A stretch of 32,000 bases of DNA from Wallemia ichthyophaga EXF-994 (lineage: Eukaryota > Fungi > Basidiomycota), in contig NW_008806274.1 in assembly GCF_000400465.1 (NCBI RefSeq), positions 210,244 through 242,243 of the forward strand. Reading direction: 5' to 3'. Made by a program: the position numbers and the translations under genes. The notes under the pieces are model-generated. The model had not been told where the DNA came from, searched no databases, and saw only the letters and a program-made list of their open reading frames with translations. Below are positions 21,655-32,000 of this stretch, in pieces (position 1 is the first letter of the stretch; each line of letters begins with the position of its first letter).

Positions 21655-23407
21655 CTACGATAAGGATAATCTTTTAGGTTTATTGAGTCGCGAAGGTGGT
21701 GGTGGTGGTGGAGCTTTTCTCCTTGTCACGCTCTGCGCGGCGAGGCTGCTCTGTGAAGATGCAGGCGAGGGAGCGAAATCAGCGACAGTACGATGAATTT
21801 CTGTTGTGGAAGCTGGCGCGGAAAGGGGACTATCTATATCTATAGAAGTGTTGCACTCCCTCAATACATCCATATCGCTCGATATCATAGGTAGATTACT
21901 GCTGCTGGTATTCGGCGACCAAGTGCGCAGCAAGTCAGAAGCTGACTGCGTTGCTCGAAGGTTAGGCAGTGGCTGGGTGAAGTCGTTAGCGAGCGCTACC
22001 ATATTTGGTGTCGTGGGCTCGCTCGCTGATACGAATCCATTCACTCTGTCTACATCATCGAAGCAATCAGAAGACAGACATCTGCGCACAAGCCGGGAGG
22101 TTGTGGGGCTGATATCGCGCACCCGCGTTGATATAAGTGAAGTAAGTGTGCTGTGGATCTCTGCAGTCTTGTACTGGCAGTATTTCACAACTGTCTCGTT
22201 TAGCAGAGGATAAAGAACTCTGAGGTATGTGTGTCGCAGCTGTCGGAAGTGATAAGCGACAATTCACAGAGAGTATCGCACTCACCCCCTCCTGCTCATC
22301 TGGCAGATCAGACAGCTCGCGTATGAAAACATCGACGACCACCTTGAGGTCGTTCGTATAGAAGTAATCTTGTGTACCAACTGTTGTGAAGAGCAGGAAG
22401 AGAATCTTGAGAACGAGCAATTTGACGCATACGTCTTCCTTAGAATTCCTAGCTCTGTTTAAGATGAAAATGAGATTCTCTCCGAATGTTTTGCTGCTCC
22501 CTAAACGTCTAGTAAGAACATTTAATACCAAGTTTTTAGAAATTTGCAAAATTTGCGGGTTTGTAACTGATGTTTCGATATTACTTATCATATATTGTTC
22601 GTTGAGGGACGTCAGCAGCTTTACGAGGGTGTAATTGAATGTATCGTCATCCTCATCTCTTGTCCACTCCACCAAATCAAATAGATGGTCCAAAAAGCTC
22701 GAATCAAAAGTCTGGAGATCTTGATGGTGTAATTTATGAGCTCGGCTGATCTCAAACAGGAAGCAAACAACTGGGTAACGCAGTCGTACTTCGATAGGCA
22801 CTAGCCCTGTACCGTCATCGTCTTGACCAAAATATCCGTCTTCTACGTGCCTGATTATGTCTTGCGATAAAGGTAACAGCTTGCGCCAATTTGCGGGACA
22901 TTTAAAGTAGTCAATGCGTCTTTGACCGTATTTAAGGAGTAGGCTGTATGCTACGAATAGCTGATGCGGGTCTGTGGTCTGTAGCAAGTCAGTAAGTTCC
23001 GATAAGCCGCGGAGAAGGCAAACGGACCTGTATAATGAGGTCAATGAGCACCGTCTGCATTCTCATGTAATGAAATCTAAATAAATCCGATTCGATCATC
23101 ATTGATAACGCGGCGTCTAACTGAGTCGCATCGATGAGATACGTGGCTGTTTGGAGTGCTTAGACTACGTAGCCAACAAAGAAGAAGCCACCCACTGTGA
23201 TATCTTCCACACAGCTTTATAAACATTTTCAGCCTGCCGTCTAATTCTAACACTGTAGCGTCATCAGGCGCGTGGCCGTACTCATGCAGTTCTGGGGGTT
23301 GATCCGGTAAGCTGGCTACGTTAACGCACGTAACGCGACTCACCTGCCCAAAAATCATTAAAGTCATATATTTCCCAGACGATGAAATCCTCATCATCAA
23401 CCGTCAT
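21655..23407 (-). CDS. LDB17: Ldb17/Dip1/SPIN90-like (DUF2013) Arp2/3-related endocytosis protein
   Basis: complement(join(21655..22239,22286..22978,23028..23146,23196..23291,23344..23407)); 518 aa. LNEQYM, FGENLIFILNR, YFYTNDLKVVVDVFIREL, LRHTYLRVL; C-terminal polyproline. Confidence 0.85.
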
Positions 23408-23522
23408 GGGGGTGTAGCTAAGCGAGTGTTTTGAACGCATTCTGCAAGTTGATCTAGGGTACAAAATTAAGGGGTATTTGGGTTGTGTGTATGATAAAGC
23501 AATAAAAGCATTCAAATCAGCC

Positions 23523-24760
23523 CTAATGGATCGTTACTTGTGACTCTGGTCCTAGTACTTCTTTCTCAGCCTCCTGCTGCAGTGCAAACACTTGCTGCCT
23601 ATACTCCTCCTTTTCTTCATCGGAAGTATCCACAGATATAGTCTTGAGCCTGTTGATCCATTGCACCGAGCGTACAGCCGCACGGACTATCATTCGTTAA
23701 CAAGGCACACGCCTTAATATATCCACTTACAGCTCCTCTTAGCATCGAATGCTCGTCTGACATTCGGCAGCAAGTCTTCATCCTTATCACCCAATCCTTT
23801 GAGCCATGGATGATCTATTACTTGCTGTGCGGTGAATCTCTGATCTGGATCTGCATTCATGCACCCTCTAATGAAGTCTTTAGCGGTATCTGATACCGCA
23901 TTCCAGCACTCTGCAGGCTCGAAATTATAATTACCATCGATAATAGCATTAATTTCATCCTTTTGTTTGCTGTTCCTATCGAAAGGAGTTGTCCCACTTA
24001 GCAAGAAGAAAGTAATGACACCTATAGCCCAAATATCCACAGGAAACCCATGTCCAGTTTTCTTGAATACTTCAGGTGCCATATAACCAACTGTACCGCA
24101 TATATGATACAACTGGGTAAATTTTCCCGACTCTATTATCTTGGACAGCCCAAAGTCTGCAACACAAAGATCAGAAGCTGAGGAATTGTTATCCCGAAAG
24201 AGAAGATTCTCAGGCTTAAGATCGCGATGAACAATGCCTACACTGTGGAGATACCTGACTGAATCACTTATCACGCCGACGATGTCTTTGGCATCTTTTT
24301 CGAAGAAATGACCTCGCTGGCAAATCTTGTCGAATAATTCACCACCTGTACACAAATCCATGACTGTGGACTGCGTGAGTGACACCGCCTCAGCTAAGAA
24401 CGCAAGACGAACCGAGGTAAAGATTGTTCATCGTTTCAAAGTAATCGATTAGCCTGACGATATTGCTGTGTCCAGTCGATGCCCTCTTGAGCACTTCTAT
24501 CTCATTTCGTATGAGATCCTCACGGCCTAAATTCACTCAGAAAAGCCGGAGACCTTCACTACCAACTCACCTTCCATCATTTTCTTGTTTATCACCTTCA
24601 CAGCGTATTTAACACCTGTTTCATTGTGTATCGCCAGCTTCACCGATGAATAGGTACCTGATCCCAGTACCTCGCCTTATCAAGCCCTGTTTAAGTATAT
24701 ACAACAACGTCATGAGCAAAATCATTTACCAGTTTTATATTGACATTGCTGGAGCGTCAT
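23523..24760 (-). CDS. Ca2+/calmodulin-dependent protein kinase (CaMKI/Cmk type)
   Basis: complement(join(23523..23686,23731..24363,24413..24526,24571..24675,24730..24760)); 348 aa. LGSGTY, AVKVINKK, TGGELFD, HRDLKPEN, DFG, APE; CaM-binding-like FDAKRSFRAAV. Paralogue identity not assigned. Confidence 0.93.
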
Positions 24761-24847
24761 GATTGTTCAAATCAGCACAAAGAGGGCCCCCACAAATTCA
24801 GCGAAATAAATAAAATTAAAAAATACAACATTCATCTTCATAAAAGT

Positions 24848-27293
24848 CTAAGCCTCTCCGGCTAGTCTCTGTTTTTTCTTCTTAGCTCTGTCCGCCGCGT
24901 CCTTGTCGCGCTTTTTAAACAAAGAGTGTCTCGAATCCTTAGTAATCTGTTTGTTTGCAGACTTATTCTTTTCGATATACGACATGGCTTGGCCACCAGC
25001 CAGAGCTGATGTTGATCCCGTCATACGCTTAGTCACTCCGTGTATTGTACCAGCCAGGTCATCTTCTGAAGCCTTAATGTCGGATCCTATGTCTGCTGCT
25101 GATTCATTGGCAAGTAGTACAGACTCGAGTAGCTCAATCTGCTCTTTCTCAGATCTGTATACCAGTTCTGGTAACCTTTCAATACCGAACAGGTGCGTTA
25201 TCACCTTAAACGCATAACCCTGGTCTACCAAGAAACCCTGTCTCTTTGTTGAATAAAACATTTCTTGCGTATCTGTCGATACCAGCGAGTAGAAGAAAGC
25301 GTTGAACCCCTCATCGTTACGACGCTTGGCACGCAGAATACGACCTATTAGGAAAATTTAATTTGAGTACTTCCTATCATCGGTCAAACCCACCTAATCT
25401 CTGAGCTTCTTGTCTACGAGATCCAAAGTGACTACTGATTTGAATCAGGCATGTAGCCTCAGGTAAATCAATCGACGTATCGCCGACTTTCGACAAGAAG
25501 ATAGTGTTGACGTTGCTATCGAATTGGAATCTCTGTAAAACTCTCATTCTCTCTACTTGAGAAGTACCTCCGTGAATATATGGTTTTTTCAGCTTACGAG
25601 CGTACTGTTCAAGACTATAGACGCAGTCACTAAACACGATAATTTTGTCGCCCCTGTCTTCATGGAAATCAATGAGGAATTGACAAGCCTGGAACTTGTG
25701 AGGATTCATCGAATAAAGCAACATCCGCTTTCTGCTCTTTTCTCTGAGATACTCTCGGTAGAAACATGGGACCATTGGACACCACACTTCAGCACATTGA
25801 ACATTGGCGATGTGGCCTTTGGCGGCCAAGTCCATCCAATTTGCTTCGTAGAGCTTCGGTCCGATGAGGAAGTTAAGATCGTCAATCTTATCGTCCTCTC
25901 TGACAAGCGTAGCCGTCAGACCCAACTTGGAATGCGCCTTTATTGTTGTAACGACTCTTCTAAACATGGCAGCAGGCACAACATGCACTTCATCCAACAA
26001 AATAAATCCCCATTCGCGTGAAGTAAGGAAGTCCATCATTTTCTGCGACTCATGTGAACGATTGCGAGTATTAGCTACCATTGAGTAAGTTGAGACAACA
26101 ATACCGCTATCGCCACCAAACTTCTCCTTCTGGTCAGCAGTGAATACTGATATCTGGCTGTCATTTACGTTGGACCACTGCATGAATTGCTGTTTCCACT
26201 GCATAACGGATACGGAGGACGTACAGAGAACTAATATAGACTTCTTGATTGTACACGCAGCTGTAATACCAACAAGCGTCTTACCAGCACCACAAGGCAA
26301 AACGATGATACCGGATCTAGCTCTGCCGTTACCAAACATCTTACTCAATGACTTTTCTTGATACGGTCTAATAACTGTCACAGGCTTCAAATCAATATCA
26401 AGATTAGGGTTGCGTGTGTCATTGTGAAAGTCATATTCTTCCAACATTGGATACTCCAACTCGTTACACCTTCTCTTGACGGTTTCGATTTCATCCGACT
26501 TGATCTCAAAGGAGTGGACTTCTTCGTCGTCTTCCATCTCATCCTGTTTCTCAATATCTATCAGAGCGGTAAAGTATTCGTCGCCAGTGTTCTTTTTCTT
26601 ATCGTCTGGTTTGTTTTGCTGCTCGCCTTCGTTTGTGGTGTTTTCAGGAGGAGGATCAGGTTGATTAGGCTGATTAGGCTGACCACTCTGATTGTTTGTA
26701 CCTTGAGCTTCTTTTGTACCAGGAATGACTAAATCGCCTTTAGTGGGTGCGGAGCTGGTTTCGATGTGCGAATTCGAGTCGACACGAGCATTCTTGATAA
26801 TCTGATCACGGAGCAGCATCTGCAGCGTATCGGCGTGGGCAGATTCAACGAAATACCTGTTGTGCTTAAGTACCAGCTTAACTTTACCGTATGACATTGT
26901 ACACTCCTTGATAAAGGAAACGATAGAGGCAGGTACAGGCACTTTCGAGAGTCTGTTAAGAACTTCAATGATATCGTCTGTTTCCAATCCAACAGATACG
27001 GCCGCTGTGCATGCGTGTGATTAGTCATACGCTGGTGCCACCAAGTACAACTCACCGTACAACGAGTAGGGCGTAATCTTGTACTCCTCCATAAGGCTTG
27101 TTCTACTGACTGGCTCTGAAATCGCTACCAAGAAGTCCTGTGCTTGTTCAGCGATAGGCGAGAATCCCTCTAATATGATATGACCATCCTCTGGCGACAC
27201 CCAAAGTGGACGATTCGGGTGATCTGGCTTGAGTGGCAGATCACCGTAATCGTGGCTACCGAATAAATAATCCTGATTTATGCCATCTGCCAT
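24848..27293 (-). CDS. SSL2: TFIIH translocase XPB (Ssl2/Rad25)
   Basis: complement(join(24848..25344,25394..27004,27056..27293)); 781 aa. [49 protein letters not shown]. Confidence 0.97.
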
Positions 27294-27429
27294 TCGGATA
27301 AGATGGTTGTTTAGGCGAAAGGAGATAAAGGAGGATATAAATGTTTACAATTACAAATTCATGGAAATTCTTGTCTTTTACTAATACAAGGCGCAATTCT
27401 TTAGTGTTCTGTCTTTTGTCTCATACCTC

Positions 27430-29525
27430 TCACCCAGAAGCTTTGAACTCGCCATTCACTCGTATGTCTTTGATATCAATGCTGTCGAAATCTTCGATAG
27501 CCTTCAGTCCTCCGTTGACAGTAGCATCACCATCCACACCTGCCATCGCCTTTCCAAACAGCATCTTGCCCATAAATGATCGGAACACTGAGTCCCTGCC
27601 TTCGATCAACTTGATAGGCGCATCACGCACTTCTGCGTACAGGCGAGTCACCTGTGGTGCATCAACATTGTCTGGATCATTGGCAAATTCTGTAAATGCA
27701 TCAAATGCTTCATCTGGATGAAATATGGCGAATGCGTTGCGTGGGTATGATTCTGACTGCGTTGAATTGAGCGGTGGAGGTGCTCCATTGTATATTATCT
27801 AAAAGTTGTTAGTGTTGTGTTCCAAAGAAAGAGCTAACAAACCCACCAGATATGGTAAAATGCTGTTGACGTTTATAGGCAATGACCGCAACTGATCGGG
27901 CAATGCTATGTCAGCAATGAGTGTTCCGCTGACCAATACCTGTCCAGGACCTCCTGGCTGACCAGGGAAGGGATTCGGCCAAGGAAATCCACTTTTTCTG
28001 TGTACACTCAGGTTCTCCATGTGCACATTCCTTACGATATCAGGCATAGGCGGTACACCTGGTAAGTCAAAGTTGTACTCAAAATTCTTGAGAACTTGCT
28101 TAAGCCACGACGGAGTATTTTTTCTAGCTGCACCTCCTGTAATCTTGAATGGAGTGGGTGCGTTGTTGAGGAAATCACTCAAAAACCGACTCAAAGCAGT
28201 CTTTATGGTGGACAAATTATCTGAAGTGTTCTTGAAGGTCTTCCAATGCAGGTTCGTTGTAGCTTTTGCACCGAAACTCAGCTCATCATCTGACACCTCG
28301 ATTGGTTTTGTTGTGACTGTAGCTAAGGACAAGCTGCCACCACCCTCTTCTTCCTTGAGAGGGAGCACTGCATCTACTGGTATTTCATATGGAAATACTA
28401 CGCTCTTTAGTGCTTTCAATATGTCTAATTGAGGCAATGGAAGTGATGCACTAGCGTCTACATCGAGTTGTTCCTTATCATCGGAACTGTTGTGGGTAGC
28501 GACATCTAGCTGTGCAAGGTTAAAGAGATTGAGCATTTCGGAGTATGTTTCATCGATGGGTGTACCGGGCTTTGGCCATGGTGAAAGATTTGGTACTGTT
28601 TTGGGTGTTAGACAGAGTATGATTAGGAGACTTAACACCCACTAGACAAGGTCTCTTGAACAGTAATGTTATTCTTTTGGAAATGAGTATGCAATGCACT
28701 TTTATTCCAGATATGCACTTCAACTTGTGGGATAATAACAGAAACATCCATCACACCCTTCTCTGCAACCCAAACATGCTCAAAGAACGACTGTAACCCT
28801 TCCAAATCAAAGTCGGTGCCGCTGACTGGCGTGATCGACGCTCTCAAATCAACACCTTTCAACCAATCGTCTGGATGAGAGAGACGACTGTTAGAATGCT
28901 GCAAACCAGGCATAATAGGAACGCTCATAGAGTCTAATAGGGTAATGTTGAAGAGCTGTACTGTCTCATTAGACGATCTAGCTTCTACAGTGATTGGATG
29001 ATTGACTACGACGTCGAGCGGGCTAACGGCTTTGGAAAGGAATCTACCTATAGAGAGTCTCCAGCGCTGCAGAGGCCCACCTTTAGGATCCACAATACCG
29101 CCTGGACCCAATCCGTCAACGCCCAACGCCTGATCGAAATCGAGTCCAAATGGGACAGAAGTCTTGAGTACGATGGGTGCATCCTGTTCAAATTCCACAT
29201 CAGAAGGTATTTCAAAGGCAATTGAGTTGCGAATCGCGCTATCGCTCAATGGGATGGCGGACTGACGACCAGCCAAAGGATCAGAATCGCATTTGAAAAG
29301 GAGGACAAAGAGGAGGGTTAAAAAGCAAAGTACCAGGGACGCTGACCAAATAATTATCGCCCACGTTGATGGCCTGCGTGGCTTGGTCACCAATTTTGAG
29401 TCGTGGAGAAGTGGAGAGGATTCAGAGGGGAGATCGTCCTCGTCGTCTGTAGCAATATCTTCAGCTTCCTCTGCATCTGAAGATATCTGAGCTTCTACGT
29501 GCGAATATTTTCCATTTTCCGTCAT
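27430..29525 (-). CDS. Single-pass membrane protein with a large lumenal region (Tag1-like / DUF3712-like, tentative)
   Basis: complement(join(27430..27798,27847..28595,28643..29525)); introns 47 and 48 nt; 666 aa. Acidic N-tail with ESSPLL sorting-like motif, then TM IIIWSASLVLCFLTLLFVLLF. Gene model solid, family call weak. Confidence 0.75.
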
Positions 29526-29562
29526 CGGTGCTGTTGATCAAGATGAATGTTATGGTGCGTGC

Positions 29563-31067
29563 ATGCCTTCTTCCATAAACGAGAGCTTGCGAATATACAG
29601 AGAAATATTTGACAAGTCAGATCTGTTTAGCAGCAACGATGACAGGCTTCTCGTTATTGACAACTGGCTCAATGTTCCTAACGACTGGACGTGTTCGGGA
29701 ATAGAGGGATTTCATCGTTGGCGCATGTTGTTAAAATCTGATATTGAGGCTACGGAGGCAATGCTACAGTGCACAGATGGTGACGAGCCACTAATCTCGT
29801 CAAACCTCATCGCTCACTGGACTTGCTGGATGGCTCTGATCAATCCAGCGGTGTCGAAGCACCCAATCACTGCAGTCAACAAATACTTCATCCTTCCAAA
29901 GCGTGAAGGCCAGAAAGGCAAGCCAAAATCAGTCAAGGTCGATATTGTCGCGGATGCAGGAAGATCTTGGATACGTTTGTCCAAGTAGGTGGCTCTGTTC
30001 TATCCAATACCAACCTAACAATACCAACAAGCATAAAGCTTTCTTCAATCCTTGCAGAATTGGCTGAAATGGACTCTCTAATAACGTCATCAGACGACGA
30101 CAGCGATAGTCATGTTGATCAGCCAATGCCAGTTCCATCGCTACTGAAAATAGGCCATGAGCTATCTGCGGCCTCTATCAAGTTTATAATTCATGATCAG
30201 CGACCAGACATACATCTCTATTTGACGCGTCTATCGCGAGAGGAAGTAGCCGAATCGGATTCGAGGATAAAGGGTCAGCTAGAAACTCTAAATCTCTATG
30301 GAATTCAGGTGCATTTCGGTATACCAACATACGACCTAAAAGTTTCACAAAAGCAGCCTAGAGTGGCGTTGAAACCAACTACCAATATCAATTTAGACGT
30401 ATCGATACTCATAGCATTTACATCAATCACTACTCATATCTACAATCCCGCAGAGGCCTCTCTCAAGCCCAACAATGCCACTGAACACATCAGAGCCATC
30501 TCCAATCAGCTATACCAAGAGTCTGGCGTATGTGCATTGTTTGATTTGATTAAGGAGACGTGTGATACTGAAACATTACAATTCTGGACTACACAAGAGA
30601 ACAAAGATCGCACATACAGCATACTTGACAAAATCGGAGGAGCTACCGAAAAGCTCAGACTAGAAAGCATCTTTGAAGGAGGCAACGATAGCTTTTGGGA
30701 TGGTAGCAGATACTTTAGCAATCAGATGGGCGGACTACCCGTGAAGATTATCAACGACTCTGGTGATGATGTCCCTACAGCCAGCTTTGATGATTTTGTG
30801 CTAAGGAGAGCTCACAAGGCGCTCAACTCAGACGGCAACATGGGATCAGCGGGTAAGTTGACACCTCATACACTTCGCACTGTAATAGCAGGATTAGAGA
30901 GGGGCTGGACGACACTCACCTCGAATCGGCAATCAATTAAGGCTTTAGTGCAAGGATGGCATACGCATGTCAACAACAACAGCTCACTGGCGACATTCTG
31001 GTTGGTAGAGCCGCGATCGCTCTCGGAGCAACTGCTAGAAAAATCTGATAGAAAATCGAACAAATAG
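29563..31067 (+). CDS. DUF1308 / UPF0415 (C7orf25-like) protein
   Basis: join(29563..29984,30032..31067); 47-nt intron GTAGGT..CCTAAC..AAG. VKVDIVADAGRSWIRLSNIK, INLDVSILIAFTS, GWTTLTSNRQSIK, EPRSLSE. Confidence 0.8.
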
Positions 31068-31088
31068 ATAGAAACATGCATAGACTCA

Positions 31089-31957
31089 TTAAGCTTTCAC
31101 ACTATTTTCTAATACTTCAACGCGTGCATTCAGTTTGAGATCGTTGAGTGTTTTGAACGAAGATGGATCGATAAGACAAATATACTCCCACTCATCGCTC
31201 CAATCCTCGACCTCAACTTTATTTATAAAGTCGCTAATCTTATCCTTAACGTTCTTGCCTTGTTTCGAGGCACAGGTTATGCGCACCCTCATCTGAGCTC
31301 TGGCGAGTGGGAGAACACCTTTATCCTGTATCTGCTTGATAACTTCACCACTCTGTGACTTTGCGTTTTTGTTGGCATTCACGCTGTAGTGGATATCGTG
31401 CATGGCCTTCTCTACCATTGACACTGTGACTGGTCTGCCGCTCGATGGATCGACACAGCGCTCTGCTACGATTGTTGCGATCTCTCTCCACTTATTGGAC
31501 AAATCATGTCCGCGCTCCTTCTCACCGACTTGCAGCTCGCCTTTCTTGAGAATTTGTTTGATTATTTCATCGTTATCGGATGTACCAAAAGCTTTCTGAA
31601 GCTCGTCGTTATTGCATACTGCACCTTTGGACACGTTCGTGAATACAGAAGATATCTGCACGACATTATCGATATCGCTTTCGCTGTTGTGTTGTGAGAT
31701 TATCAGTGTTTCGTGGGTACACATGTACCCACGAGCCATTTCTCCATTCACCAACTTTGTTCTTGTAGCAAGCTATCTAAAATGCCGTCATTTAGTCTTA
31801 AAGTCAGAAACTGTGTCCAAACTCACTTCAAATCTTTTACCGGCCTTCTTGAGACGCACGATAGAGACATTTGTGAGCTTGACTAGATATGTGTGAGCTG
31901 TAGCTCTATATACGTCACATCCACCTCACTCTGATTCGATGGCTGATTAATGGGCAT
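31089..31957 (-). CDS. SDO1: Ribosome maturation protein SBDS/Sdo1
   Basis: complement(join(31089..31683,31733..31776,31827..31882,31930..31957)); 240 aa. [63 protein letters not shown]. Confidence 0.97.
31711..31734. repeat. Perfect inverted repeat, 10-bp stem with 4-nt loop, overlapping the SDO1 intron-3 donor
   Basis: TCGTGGGTAC-ACAT-GTACCCACGA. Confidence 0.9.
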
Positions 31958-32000
31958 CCGGGATGACGTTCAATTATAAGCTGAGCAAAAACACATATAC

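Overview
Eukaryotic, extremely gene-dense fungal DNA. Basidiomycete-type proteins, 42-59 nt introns and 21-160 bp typical spacers suggest a compact genome such as Wallemia (inference, not tested). I reconstructed 18 complete spliced housekeeping genes with phase-consistent exons: UPF0653-like, SPC2, LEU4, RPL15, ARH1, FRS1, YKE2/PFD6, ADK1, CDS1, CSE1, PRO1, DLD1-like, LDB17, a CaMK, SSL2/XPB, a Tag1-like membrane protein, a DUF1308 protein and SDO1. There is also a partial PWI-domain (SRRM1-like) gene at the left edge and one orphan ORF. No rRNA, tRNA, CRISPR or transposon was recognised. Two loci are invisible in the ORF track. (1) A PARP-type zinc-finger (Hpz1-like) gene at about 10007-11011(-) has core-domain lesions TAA, TAT and TAG, the last two exactly at a zinc-ligand Cys and the conserved Trp; it is a pseudogene or, less likely, repaired by RNA editing. 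(2) A spliced 75-aa Cys-rich microprotein lies at 4273-4597(-). Other notable points: head-to-head start codons only 30-64 bp apart, idiosyncratic splice signals (GTGGGT is the commonest donor, C/A-rich 3' tracts, GC and AAG sites), a perfect hairpin masking an SDO1 donor, an unusually diverged eL15 N-terminus and recurrent 9-nt micro-repeats. All product calls come from motif recognition; no database search was run.
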